Positions 1-12,110 of a stretch of DNA of 64,000 nucleotides are shown piece by piece. Each line of letters starts with the position of its first letter. The first letter of the stretch is position 1. Both the position numbers and the translations under genes were made by a program. This DNA is from Hypanus sabinus (lineage: Eukaryota): contig NC_082712.1 in the NCBI RefSeq assembly GCF_030144855.1, positions 72,416,001 to 72,480,000 on the forward strand. The letters run 5' to 3'. The notes below the pieces were generated by a model. That model was not told the DNA's origin and searched no databases. It saw nothing but the letters and a program-made list of their open reading frames with translations.

Positions 1-330
1 TTTATGGCAGCAGTAAAATGAAATACATGATAAATATAGCAAACACAGTCAGAATTACTGTAAGCATATACCACACCTATTAAATAGTTGTTAAAATAAA
101 TAGTTCAAAAAAAAGAAATAAAAATGTGATGAGGTCATGTTCATGGGTCCATTCAGAAATCAGATGGCAAAGGGGAAGAAGTTGTTCTTGAATCATTGAG
201 TATGCGTCTTCAGATCTCTGTACCTCCTTCCCAATGGTAAAGTGAAGAGGGCGTGTCCTGGGTGGTGGTGTCCTTACTGATGGATGCTGCATCCCTAAGG
301 CATTGCTCCTTGAAGTTGACTTGTAGATGT
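1..330 (-). mobile_element. 3' end of a Rex1/Babar-type LINE
   Basis: Minus strand reads HPGHALF...GRRYRDLKTHTQ.FKNNFFP. Near copy of 38340-38530. Confidence 0.75.
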
Positions 331-3300
331 AATGGGATTTTGGCATTTTAACCTCTGATATGAAACCATAATTCTTTTGTAACATGCAAAATAGAAATAT
401 GTACATAGTTCAGGCTGTGTGAAAGGAATTTCTGATATACCGATTAACTAAACATACACAGTAAATGGAAAAACAGAAATGGGAAAGGCCACTTGAGGTT
501 TGAGCTATCACCAGTGAGAGTGTGGCTGATGATTAAGCCATTGAATCTGAGTCATAGAGCAGGAATATAGGCCTTTCTGACCAGAGTCTGCACAGGCCAT
601 CAACACAGATTTACACAAATCTTATGTTAATATCATTATATTTTACATTTATTCCCATCAACTCCCACAGATTTTATGAGCTATTGATGCACTAGAGGCA
701 ATTTACATCAGCCTACCAAACCACATTTCTGGGATATGGGACAGAAGTGGAGCTGTGAGGAAACATTTCTAACATCCACATCACTGTGCTCTCCATCCAT
801 CTCATTACATGAACCCCATTCACCTCCAACTGCTTCTGCCTTCTTCAGCTACAACAAAAAAATCTAGCTTTATTAAACATGGTCAGTGTCTTGGCTTCTA
901 CTCCCTCAGTGGGAGCAAATCACAAAATTTCATCATCTTTTGACTGACGAGATTTCTCCTCATCTAATTTCCAAATTTCTTTCCCTATATCCAGAAATTG
1001 TGACCACAGTTCTAGACTTCGCAAACCTAGGGAAATGGCTTGTCAAACTCCATTGGAGACTGAAGTTTCCATGGTAATAGGTTTTTGATAGTTATCTGGT
1101 TGTTACGGTTAATATGGGAGGTTAAAAAGAGAAAATATTATAAAGTGAATATGTAAAAGCTGCCAAGCACAGAGCTGAAGGAAATGCCCAACAGGTCCAA
1201 CCACGGTAGAGCAGAGAGAAAAATGGACCTAAGATTACAGCTGGATAGCCTTCAGCAGAACTGGCCAGTTTTAATATAAATAGTGAAAGTGAGTTACTTG
1301 AAGTTGTTAAATTCAACATTGAGAACCAAAAACTACCCAGACAGAAGAGGACACAAGCAAGAAGAACATTCAAGGAAATAGGAGTGGGTTTCGGTTACCA
1401 AGCCTGCGGAGCCTATCCTGCCCTTCAATATGACCTGTGCTGGTCTCAACTATTCGTCTGAGCCAGTTCCCCACAACCCTAAACAAAGGAACTGAAAGCT
1501 GTGAAATGCAAAGCTCCATGAATTGCCTGCCACGTCAGGCTACGCTACAGTCCTTTCAGATCATCTTAAAGTACATTCCAAATTTCAAAGATTTAAGATA
1601 TAAAGTACATTTATTATCAAAGTATATTTGCAATATACAACCTTGAGATTCATCTTCCCACAGATAGCCATGAAACTAAAAAGTTGTTAAATCACTTTCA
1701 ATTGATAAATCACTTCTTCAAGCATAATAAATTTCATAATGAGAGGAATCAGGCAGACAGCCATAAAAGGCAGGGTGATCCTAACTGAATGGTGTGACTG
1801 GTGACATTTATCAAAGGGTGGATGTGGCTAAGACAATATAGTTAACAATACATTCCCTCTGCACTTCAAAATAATTTCACAGGATCATAGAAGAGTTCGC
1901 GTCTACCTGAGGTGGCAGATGGCATCCATATGAAGAAAACCATCTTATGAATCATACCACCAAGAACAAATTACTCTACTAGTAATTTACTAGAGTCATA
2001 GCCTTGACTTCTGACTCAAATTTCTAACTTGGGATTTAAAACCACAGCTTTTGGATTTAGACTCACAAGAGCTAACAGCTGACACACAGCTGACACTATG
2101 ATTTACAGGATAGAGATCTTTTAATTAATAAAATTACATAAAAGACGCAGTGTGAAAACTTGGCATCAGTTTAAAATGTATATTATGCATGCAGGCTCCC
2201 CAGTCAAATAAAACTAACAGTGAATTTGAAGGAAGCTCCCTGGAATTGAAGATGAAAGGGGAAAGCAGCAGAAGACAATTTTAGCAAACACAATTAAAAT
2301 TCAGTTTATGAATCTTCGTGGAATATTGAGAGATTGTCAGACACGATCAAATACTTTTATCATTGTGGTTTTTGAGTTAGTGTCAGCTTTTAATTGAATT
2401 CAGTTTTAACCCAATTATGTTGATCAAGGCAATAATAACTTGCATTTGTGTTGTGCCTTCAATGTGCCAAAATTACCCAAAGCATTTCACAAGAGCGGCT
2501 TCAACCAGTAGTTGACAATGGAGAATTGGTCACATTGGAAAAGAACAAGATAGGGAAGCAGTGAAGATCTGAGTGGGATCTCCACCATCTGGGATCCATC
2601 AAATGAAGATGCAGCCACCAGTGACAGTGCATGAAGAGCAAGGAGTGAAATAGTGCAGAAGTATTGGAGGTTTATGAGGCTGAAGACGCTCACAGCAATG
2701 AAGCCACTGAGTATTTGAAAACTAGGAAAAGAATTTGAGGTAGTATTACTTCAGGAACTGGTGTAGGTCAAGATCACAAATGTGTGTGCATGACTTTGCA
2801 TGAGTCAGGACATGAACAGTAGAGGTTTTACTGAATTATTTTCTTTATATTCTTATAAAACACAGTAGATAAAAAGGTTGGAGATTGTGCAGTTATTTCC
2901 AGCATCATTGAACATGAAAGTTCTAAATGCTCACTGGGCTAGACTAAACAAGTTTCAGCAAAGGAGCATGCACACTGCTCAGAACACTTCATCAAACCAT
3001 TAGTAAGGGTTTGCTTGTGCCCCCTGAGTATAAAATGATGTCACATTCAATTTTCATCTTCGGTTCAGCTGTTGCACAGTCATTCAAGCACTTGAAACAC
3101 TTTTCTGAAATTTATGCTGAACCCCCTGCAACATATTCCCCAGGCACATAAAGTTATGACAATCAAAATATAGCCTTGTGCACTTCAGACTGACCCAGTT
3201 CCACAGGCATTATTCATTTTATCTGATCCAAGGCATGTAGTGCTGCACAACTGGCATGTTTTAAACAATAAGCTTTAGAGAGCTGGCACTTTCTAAAGGA

Positions 3301-3421
3301 AGACATTTGCAAATCTTGAAGAATACCTACATGAGAAAAAAATTCACATTTGGAATAATCCATCTTTGATGGCTTTTATATTCACTTTAGTTAAGAATAA
3401 GCATAATTTTGTAGACGTTGC

Positions 3422-3524
3422 TGTTGTGAGAACCCACATAGATTACCAATCCAGTGTTGTGAGAACCCACAGAGATTACCAACATAATGTCATGAGAGTC
3501 CACATGGATTACCAATCCAATGTC
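3422..3524. repeat. 33-bp minisatellite, about 3.1 copies
   Basis: TGTTGTGAGAACCCACATAGATTACCAATCCAG / TGTTGTGAGAACCCACAGAGATTACCAACATAA / TGTCATGAGAGTCCACATGGATTACCAATCCAA / TGTC. Confidence 0.9.
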
Positions 3525-3794
3525 TAGTTAAATGACCATGGTGCAAAGTGATTAGATTAGGTTATCACTATTTACATTAAGCAAATTCCTCCTTCACTTT
3601 GAGCTCACAGTGAAAGCAATAAGCACAGCAAAAATAAATACCGCAGTAATCACATTGTTAGCAAGAAAATAGCAGAATGGTGTAAGTATTGTAGAGCAAT
3701 CTGAAATGGTGCAAAAAGAATACCAAAGTGACAATAGCAGTGTAACAGAGAGATAGAACTAAGAACACAACCACACAACTGGGAAGGAGGGGGT

Positions 3795-3960
3795 GAAATA
3801 GGTGATCGATTCAGGAGCCTTATCGCAGTGGGGAAGAAACTGTTCTTAAGTCTAAACATCTGGACTTTCAACCTCCTGTTTCTTATCCCAGGGTGGCAAG
3901 TGTCCTAAGTGATATTATTAGCTTTCCTGAAGCAAGGCACCATGAAGCTGTTGCTTATGG
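3795..3960 (-). mobile_element. Rex1/Babar 3' fragment
   Basis: ORF 3650-3871 contains RLKNSFFPTAIRLLN, the typical C-terminal motif. Confidence 0.65.
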
Positions 3961-4029
3961 AAAGTAAATGCTAGATTTAAAAAGCAAACGGTATTGCGTT
4001 TCTCCTTCTTTCTTTATTAGTGCCATGCT

Positions 4030-5015
4030 AGAGTGGTGAGAATGGATTCCAGGTCATAGGTGTGCTCTCCATGAAAGATATAAGCGATCTGGGAGACCTC
4101 CCGTCTCCCTGATTGCCACATCTGCATGAAGTGCAACTAGCAACAAACCATGAGCGGGGAGCTGGAGCTGGATGACTAAACTCCATACAGTAGAATGAGG
4201 AGGTAATAGATAGGAGTTGCAGGGAGGTAGTCACACCTAAATTGCAGGAGGCAGGAAACTGGATGACTCTTTGGAGAGGAAAGAGAAATAGGCGGATAGG
4301 CAGAGTTTGTTAGATATGTCCAGGAAGAATTACTGACACAATATATGGACAGGCCAACTAGAAGAGAGGCTATTCTGGATCTGGCACTAGGCAATGAACC
4401 TAGTCAGGCGGCAGATCTCTCAGTGGATTAGATTTTGCAGACAGTGACCACAGCTACCTGACCTTTAACATAGTCTTGGACAGCAATAGGAGCAGATAAT
4501 ATGGAATCATATTTAATTAGAGGAGGATGAATTACGATACAGTGAAGCAGAAACTTGGCAGCATAAACTGGGAACAGATGTATTCAGGGAAATATACAAC
4601 AGAAATGTGGAGATAGTTTAGGGAGAACTTGCATGAAGTTCTGGATAGGGTTGCCCCATTGAGCCGGGAAAAGGGTGTTAGGGTGAAGAAATCATGGTGG
4701 ATAAGAAATGTGGAATATCTAGTCAAGAGGAGGAAAGAAGCATACTTAAAGTTTAGGAAGAAAGTATCAGACAGGGCTCTAAAGAGTTACAAGCTAGCGA
4801 GTAAAGAGCTTAAGATGGGTATTTAGGAGAGCTAGAAGGTAGCATGAGAAGGCCTTGGTGAGTACAGTAAGTGAAAGCCACAAGGCATTCTACATCTATG
4901 TGAAGAGCAGGAAGATGACTAGAGGGAGGGTAGGACTGACTGGCGATAAAAGAGGGAACGTCTGGAGTCAAAGGAAGTAGGAGAAGTCCTTAATGAATAG
5001 TTTGTTTCAGGAATA
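4030..5015 (+). mobile_element. CR1 fragment: ORF1 N-terminus joined to the distal endonuclease/linker
   Basis: 4050-4270 matches the ORF1 start (ELELDD...EEVIDRSCREVVTPK). From ~4300 it reads EFVRYVQEE.LTQY.DRPTR.EAILDL.LGNEP...SDH. Confidence 0.8.
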
Positions 5016-5049
5016 TTGTTGGGGTACAGGTAAGAAGATTTCAGGCTTT

Positions 5050-5615
5050 AGAGGGACTTCAGCGATATCTGAGGCCGCCCATTGCTCAGAGTCAACCATG
5101 GATGTTGCATTCCAGCTCCTACATGAAATGCAGGCCAGGGCAATACAATGTGGAGATCAAGGTGCTGCCGATGCAACAGGCTGCCCCTCTGCACACAGCT
5201 AATGGCAGAGACAGTTTGACACCAGCAGCATCACAGGAGTTGTCAGTCATCTTGAACTCAACATTGAACTGCTTTAGGGACTCCAGCTCTGGATTTTTCC
5301 TGGGGGTTTACTCCCGAAGCCTTCCCCATGGGTGGGTATAACCGCAAGGCAGCGGAGCTTTGAGATCAGAGTTTTCCTTCACATAGATGAGCTGGCAAGC
5401 TCCATCTGCCTGAAGTGACTGGTTTAAAGGCAACAGTAACCCAGCTTTGCCTCTTCTGTCAGCAAAAACTGGTCCACCAGGCTTAGTAGCTAAGCCACAT
5501 GTGAAGGCCAGGAATTAGACTTGGTTGTCAGAGGCTATTTGAGGCACAAGCCATTGGGAGCATTTAATAGATAGTGGGAGCTTATGTCCACTACCTCTCC
5601 CAGCTAGAACAAAGG
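5050..5615 (-). mobile_element. Probable RTE-clade 5'UTR-derived element
   Basis: Minus strand GAAGGAAAACTCTGATCTCAAA.CTCCGCTGCCTTGCGGTTATACCC...GGGAAGGCTTCGGGAGTAAACCC resembles RTE 5'UTRs as I recall them. No ORF. Confidence 0.45.
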
Positions 5616-6639
5616 AATAGGAAGAGTATGATAAGAAGACTTTGGGTCTTGTGACATGGTCAAAGGTCCAATAGGGAAATCGCTGGTAGTGTGACCATGT
5701 TTGGTGAGCACAAGTAGGAAGATCACAGATCTAGTTGTGAGTATGACAGGGACAAAAGGATGAAAGAATTGTGGAGCTTAGGAATTTAATTGAAGGTCCA
5801 GCATCAAGGTTGTAAATATTGCAGTACAGGATAGGAAATTTGTAGTTCTCAAGGGAATTGCTGACCACAATTACGAGGATTACAGGCCTCGAGAATATTG
5901 TTAGGAAAAAGAAAGGCTACAGGGCATATGACTGAGGTGTTGGGTAGGAAGATCCTAGGCCTCATAAGTATTGTTGCCAGCTCTGGGAAGTTCAGGAATC
6001 AAGCCATTTAGGAATCTGCCATGAGATCATTCGGCATGGGTTTGCAATGAGGTTGGGAGTGAGGCTGGTGAGTTCAGGAATTAAAGTACAGTTATTTATT
6101 GTAATACTTCCCAATTTCATGAAAGTGGTCCTTTGGTTTCCATGGAGGGAATCAGAACTGATAATTAACATCCCAGGGCCATTGAAAATGGAGCAGAGAT
6201 CACAAGCAGGAGATAAGCCCCAACATGACGAGATCTAGCAAGAGACTTGGATAAAGGGCAACCTTTGTATACCATTCACCAAACATGCAGCACGGTGAAG
6301 CTTCAGTTCCCAAAAGACAGATCAGCCTAAATTTACCATGAATGCCTTTATAGCAGAAATCAGACAGTGCAGGTGAATATCTCAGTCCCGGACTTCCAGG
6401 TAGTGCCTGCCCCACCGTAAGAACTTCAGGACCACAATGGCCTCTTCCTATTTTCAAAATTATTCCAACACCTTTAAGCAGAGTACCCACAATGAAGGTG
6501 GGACGAAAAGAATTTTCCCTGTAAAATACAATAGATGGCTATAGTTGAATCTTGCTGAGTTTCCTTTGGAATTCCCAATGTCTGGACAGTGGGTACAAGT
6601 AAGGAGGGAGCTGAAAGTAAAGATTTTTAAAAGTCAACA

Positions 6640-7135
6640 ATTGCTGGAGTGCATGCTTAACTGAAAAAATATTCCATCAGTTTTGCCTCATTGCGACTGT
6701 AGAGGAGGCCATGGACTGACATGTCAGAATGGCAATGGAAGTAGCTTTATAATGGGTGACCACAGAGAGATCTCACTTTTCTGGAGGACGAAACATAGGT
6801 GCTCGGTGAAGCAGTCTTTCAATCTATGTCAGGTCTCACTGATATATGGGAGGCCACACCAGGAGCACCGGATCCAGTAAATGACCCCAAAGAACTCACA
6901 GGTGAGTTGTTGCTTCACCTGGAAAGACTGTTTGGGACCCTGAATGGTAGTGATGGACGAGATGTCGGGGCAAGTGTAGCACTATTGCACTTGCAAGGAT
7001 AAGTACCTTGAGAGAGGTCAGTGGGGAATGACGAATGGATGAGGGAGTTATCACGTAGGGAGCGATCCCTGTGGAAAGCAGAAAGTGGGGGGGGGAATGT
7101 ATTTGTTGGTGGGATTCCATTGGAGATGATAGAAG
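6640..7135 (-). mobile_element. Penelope-like element fragment (GIY-YIG region)
   Basis: ORF 6915-7214 PPPLSAFHRDRSLRD.L.HSS.PTDL..GTYPCKC. Adjacent frame IQGPKQSFQVKQ..T...IYWIRCSWCGLPYISET...L.D.F.EHL. Confidence 0.85.
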
Positions 7136-7941
7136 TTACATCCACAATTTCTGAATTTTTTAAATTGGTGTTATCATCACATATTTTTCTTATCTCAATT
7201 GTCTTAAACACCAAAACTGGTTACAGTATTCCTTGTTATGTTCTTGAATATTATTAGCTGCCTGCACTCAAAGTCCATGACTTTATCCAGCAATCTGTTA
7301 TTGTTCTTCCTTAATGCATTGTGGTAATGAAATGATCTGTATGCCAAAACAAAGCCATTTACTGTATCTCAGTACGCGACAATAATAAACCAATTTATCA
7401 ATTTACAGGTTAGAATATACATGATAAGACAGCCCAGATGATTCCAGCAGTTATTCTCTGAGCAATGTTAGAAACTGATAATCATTAGAAATCCATCACC
7501 AAATTAATTGCCTTCTGAATCCAGCTCCCTAAGCTTCGGAATTCCTTTTCTAAACCTCCCTCCCTTTTGATGTGTTTCCCTTATTTGAAGGCAGTGCTTA
7601 AAAGCTATCTTTGAACACTAGTTCTAAAAGCAGAAAACTGTGTAAGTAGGAGATCAGGCAGCAGCAAACAAAGTCTTTAATATTTCAACACGATGACCTT
7701 TCATCAGAATTAATATTAGCAGGTTCAATATTTCTGATGTAAAGACTTCCATCCGAAATGTTAATCCTCCCCACAGATGATACCTGACTCATTCAAAGGT
7801 GTCTGCATTTTCCACTTTTAGTTCAATTGCCGAACATCCACTATGTTTTGCTTTAACTTGGATACGAATTTATTCATCAAGCCTAAAATGATTCACAGAA
7901 TTTTATTGGGAAATGGATATAAAAAAAGTATTATGTTAGTG

Positions 7942-9397
7942 AGCTTGTCTTTAGACATGTGGGCCCTAGGCACCACCTTGAATTGTATCAGCGCATGTTT
8001 AGCACATATAGAGGAGGAGTTAACTAATTTAAAAATTTTCTCCCATTTCTCTGGAGGTAAGGAAAGTTGAAGTTCTTTTTCCCATTCATTCTTAATTTTG
8101 TCTGATATACCTAGCTGTATTTTCATAATCATATCATAAATAGTTGCTATTAAACCCTTCTGATAAGGGTTTAAGCTTCAGTTTTTTTCCATGGTATCAG
8201 TTAGGTATGAATTTGGAAAAGTCTGTATCATATTATTCAGAAAGTTTCTAATTTGTAAGTGTCTGAAAAAATGGGACCTAGGTAAATTATGTTTATTAGA
8301 CAACTGTTCAAAGGACATGAAACAGTTATCCAAGAATAAGTCACGAAAACATATTATACCCTTCATTTTCCGTATCAAAAAGGCTTGACCCATAACAGAG
8401 GGTTAGAAAAAGAAATTAGATATAATAGGGCTTGAAAGAATAAACTTATTCAAGCCAAAAATTTACGAAATTAAAACCATATTCATAATGTATATTTAAT
8501 TATTGGATTAACCATTTGTTTACTCAATTTAGAAAGGGCAAAGGGAAGCGAGGTCCCTAAGATAGAAACTAATGACACACATGTATAGATTTACATTCAA
8601 GGTTTACCCATTGTGTACTTTGAATTACACCCAAGCTCGCTCGTTTTTACTCCCACATAAATCCTATCTGTGATAGATGTCATTTGGAAGTAGCCTCTTA
8701 GACTCATATGTTTTGGTCTTGCCCTTCTTTGGAGAAATATTGGAAAGATATTTTTGACATTATTTCAACTGTTTTGAATATTGATTTATATCCTCAACTT
8801 ATTACCGCAATTTTTGGCTTACCAATGGTGGAAAATAGTTATTTATCCTCTTCAGCTTGTCAGATGATTGCATTTGTTACATTAATGGCCAGAGATCCAT
8901 TTTATTGAATTGGAAAGAGATTAATCCTCCTGCTTCATTCCAATGGTTTTCCCAAACCATATCTTGTTTAAATTTAGAAAAAGTCAGAAGTGTCATTTCT
9001 GACCCTTGGTTAAATTCAAAGAAATTTGGAGACCATTTATTCAACAATTTCATATGATGTAACTTGACCTTTTCCGAATCCTTTATATTATCCTTAAATA
9101 TTTGGATAGAGGAGCGGAGTTATTGATATTATTGATTATATCTGTTGTAATATAATACCCAACTTTGTTTAGTTTAGGTTTGCTTAGAGTAGTTTTTTAT
9201 TTCTAATTTGAGTTTTTTTTGGCTTTTTTTTTCCATCATGTTAACTACATCAAGAGTTTGGGAGGCTTAATACATTTGTGTTATCTATAGCTTTTACTTG
9301 TATATATTGTTTATTAACTACGTATTCCCAATCTCTCTGTATTACTATTGTTATTATGCCTATATTTGAAAATTAATAAAAAGATTTGAAAAGAAAG
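7942..9397 (+). mobile_element. 5'-truncated, 5'-inverted L1-clade LINE with TSD
   Basis: 7942-~8631 is ORF2 on the minus strand (FMSFEQLSNKHNLPRSHFFRHLQIRNF; WEKEL...WEKIF...SICAKHALIQFKVV). ~8632-9060 continues on the plus strand with the CCHC knuckle (CDRC...HMFWSCP), then 3'UTR, AATAAA and A-rich tail. TSD AAAAAGTATTATG(T/A)TAGTG at 7923-7941 and 9398-9416. Confidence 0.9.
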
Positions 9398-9409
9398 AAA
9401 AAGTATTAT

Positions 9410-9690
9410 GATAGTGTAGCAGTTAGCTCAATACTATTACAACACAGAGCACTGGAGTTCAGAGTTCAATTCCGACATCATCTGTAAGGAATTTGCACAT
9501 CCTCTCTGTGAATGTGTGGCTTTTTTCTGGGTTCTCCAGTTTTCTCCCACAGTCCATAGACCTACTGGTTAAGAGGTTAGCTGGTAAATTCTCCCATGCT
9601 TAGGCTGGCATTAAAGTGGTGGTTGCTGGTAGCAGGGTTGGAAGGGCTGGAAGGGTTCATTCCATGCTGTATCATTAAATATAAATATAA
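9410..9690 (+). mobile_element. tRNA-derived V-SINE (HE1-like)
   Basis: A box tagtgtagcagttagc, B box gagttcaattcc, V-domain ctccagttttctcccacagtcc, AT-rich tail. Confidence 0.8.
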
Positions 9691-10249
9691 TATAACAAAC
9701 AGAAATCTAATGCAATGAAGTGTTAACAATAATCTGTAGCAGTAATCCAATAAGCTTTATAAAGAAACCAAATTAAGTACATTTGGACAAAAATCTGATA
9801 AGGTCAGGAATAATATCCAAGGGTGTTTTTTGTTGTGTGAATGGGTAAGTCACTGATTTCACTAGCTCTTAGATTTTTAGTCCAATGCTTTCTGCAGATA
9901 AAATCACAATTCAGTTCTTGGGGCAGCTCATCTGTTGACAGAGACATTGTACCCTTCTCCAGCTCTCTTCACTTCTCCAATTCTGTCCTTTAATTTTATA
10001 ATTATAATCACTCCCAACATAATTGATTTTCTTTAAGAGGTCCCTGAGTTCTGGATTTCCTTTCCTAAACCCTCCCCCTTTTAATATAACTCTACTATTT
10101 AAAGTCACTGCTTGAAATTTGCCTTTTGATCAAGACTTTGGTAACAACCCTAATATCTCCTTACATGGCCCAGGGTCAGGCTTTGATATGGATTGATCTA
10201 TGAAGATATCAGGAAGTTTAGTGGATAAGAGGTATGAATAATTGTTACC

Positions 10250-10525
10250 ATGCTAGCGTAGCAGTTAGCACAATGCTATTACATTCAGGATTTTGGAGTT
10301 CAATTCTGGTGCCAGCTGTAAGGTGTTTGTAGTTCTCCTAAGACTGCATGGGTTTCCTCTGGCTGCCTCCCACATTCTCAAAAATGTACAGGTTAGTGGG
10401 TTAATTGGTCATTGTATATTGTCCTGTGATTAGACTGGTGTTAAATAGGTGGGTTGCTAGGCAGTGTGGTTTCTTGGGCTGGGAGGACCTATTCCACACT
10501 GTATTTCCAAATAAATAAGTAAATA
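10250..10525 (+). mobile_element. V-SINE (HE1-like)
   Basis: tagcgtagcagttagc, ggagttcaattct, gggtttcctct...cccaca, ttaattggtcattgta. Confidence 0.8.
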
Positions 10526-10874
10526 ATTGCAAATGGTCATTTCTATTGTTAAGTCTCAGTCTATACCAAGCAAAATGCAATAGAGAAAAGGAAAATGGAA
10601 TAACGTTAACCCCAACAGTAACCATTGCACAGTGCTGCTCACAACCACCTATGAGAAAGCTCATAGCCTGCTGATTCCATAAGGTTAATGATCTTGGTAC
10701 AGAACATTAAGATGGAAGAGGGAGAGATTATTTTTATGGCCTCACTTGCTCTCATTTGCAATTCCATGAGATTGGCTTTGCATTCTTTCATTCTTTATTT
10801 CATTGCAATCTGCCTTTCTCCTCTTTCTGCTGGACAATATTCATCCAAACACTTTTTCTTGGCCACTGTCCTTT

Positions 10875-11325
10875 TTAAAGATTAGCTTTATTTGCCACAT
10901 GTACACCAAAACATCCAGCGAAATGTGTCATTTGCATCACCAACCCACACAATCCGAGTATGTACAGGTGCTTAACGAATGTTTGCTTTACGCCACTTCA
11001 CTTTTACAAAAGACCTACATTACTAACCTGTTTTAGCATTACAAGGAGGATTTTTGCTTTTATGAAAATATTTCTAATATAAATTAATGGTTCTTCGCTT
11101 TACGCCATTTTGGTTTAAGAAAGGTTTGATAGGAATGCTCTACCTTTGTAAAGGGGGTATACCTGTACTGTGAGCAGGCTGCAAGTATCACCTTGCTTCC
11201 AGCACTAACATAGCAAGCCCACAGCTCACTAGCCATAACAGTTACGAGGAAAACGTACAAATGCTTTACAGACAGTGGTAGGATTGAGCCCCGATCTCTG
11301 GTCACTGATGCATTACACAAACCGC
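10875..11325 (-). mobile_element. V-SINE variant with a Rex-type tail, split by the MITE
   Basis: Minus strand matches 19845-20950 (tgtacatgtggcaaataaagctaatc tail, gcaggctgcccccagcaca segment, tRNA-like head near 11290). Confidence 0.65.
10965..11165. mobile_element. Tc1/mariner (Tigger-like) MITE inserted in a SINE
   Basis: TA|CAGGT ... ACCTG|TA with a TA duplication (10963-64, 11166-67). Internal CGCTTTACGCCA repeats. Flanks rejoin into continuous SINE sequence. Confidence 0.8.
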
Positions 11326-11559
11326 TTCCCCCGTATTTTCACACTGCAGCTCAGGGACAGGGTCATATCTGGAATGTGAAAACCAGACAAAGACAACCTG
11401 CTCCTCAAACCTATTCCTCCACTCAACTAATCTTTAGTTGTTCTATATTTTCACTCATTTTGGCTGCGTATCAGTTGCCTAAAATAAATCTGAGATTTTC
11501 AATTGAACCCCACCTTTTGCTGTTGGAGGTGGACAGGGCGATGTTCCTGCTTGGTCATA

Positions 11560-12110
11560 GCATACAAAGTCAGAGCAGCGTAGTCAGATGGAGTATGTGG
11601 CATCGCCAGTATCCCAAAAGACCAAAAAAGTGTTGGGCTTTTTGTTTTGTCGTGGGGGTGCTATGTCTAGGATCTTATTTCTGACCTTATTGGGAATTAT
11701 CCTATTGCCTTCAGTCTCTTGTATTTGCAGCTGGGTCCTATGCTTTAGCAGGGTTAGTTTCCCATCCCCTTGGTTGCCTGTAACAAATCAATTCTCAAAA
11801 TGTTTTCGGGTACCTGGAAGATGAGCATGAGGACCAACCGTCGAGGTTTCTCACCAATAGCGAGATTGACCTTTGTTCATACAGCATTTGTAACCAATCC
11901 CCCATATCCTGAGTACACCCTCTCTCCTCTGTTTATAGAACCAGATTCCCATGTAATAAGGTCGCCTCAGCCCCAGTGTCCAGCAGGTCAATTATCCATG
12001 TGACCGCCAAAGGGTAATAGGTATGTATGGCCTTGGGTCTCCCTGTGGGACCAGAAATATGAGTTTCCATAGCAACAGCAGTGGGCCCTGAGCCCTGGCC
12101 ATATGCCTAG
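11560..12110 (-). mobile_element. Class III (ERV-L-like) endogenous retrovirus pol relic: protease fused to the RT thumb
   Basis: Minus strand: LVPQGDPRPYIPITL (12000-12056), DLLDTGAEATLLHGN (11940-11990), and IIPNKVRNKILDIAP.TTKQKAQHFFGLLGYWRCHILHL (11580-11710). These resemble ERV-L PQGDLRPF...LLDTGSELTLIPGD and IPSKVKDKLLHLAPPTTKKEAQ.LVGLFGFWRQHIPHL. Confidence 0.8.

Noticed and set aside
3422-3524. 33-bp repeats as a CRISPR-like array
   Set aside because: The units are contiguous with no unique spacers, the context is eukaryotic and there are no cas genes. It is an ordinary minisatellite.
5031-5645. TAAGAAGA direct repeats as the TSD of the RTE-like element
   Set aside because: Only 8 bp of purine-rich identity and uncertain element ends, so it could be chance.
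9410-9480. tRNA genes at SINE heads
   Set aside because: A/B boxes are present but there is no cloverleaf, and each continues into a V-SINE core.
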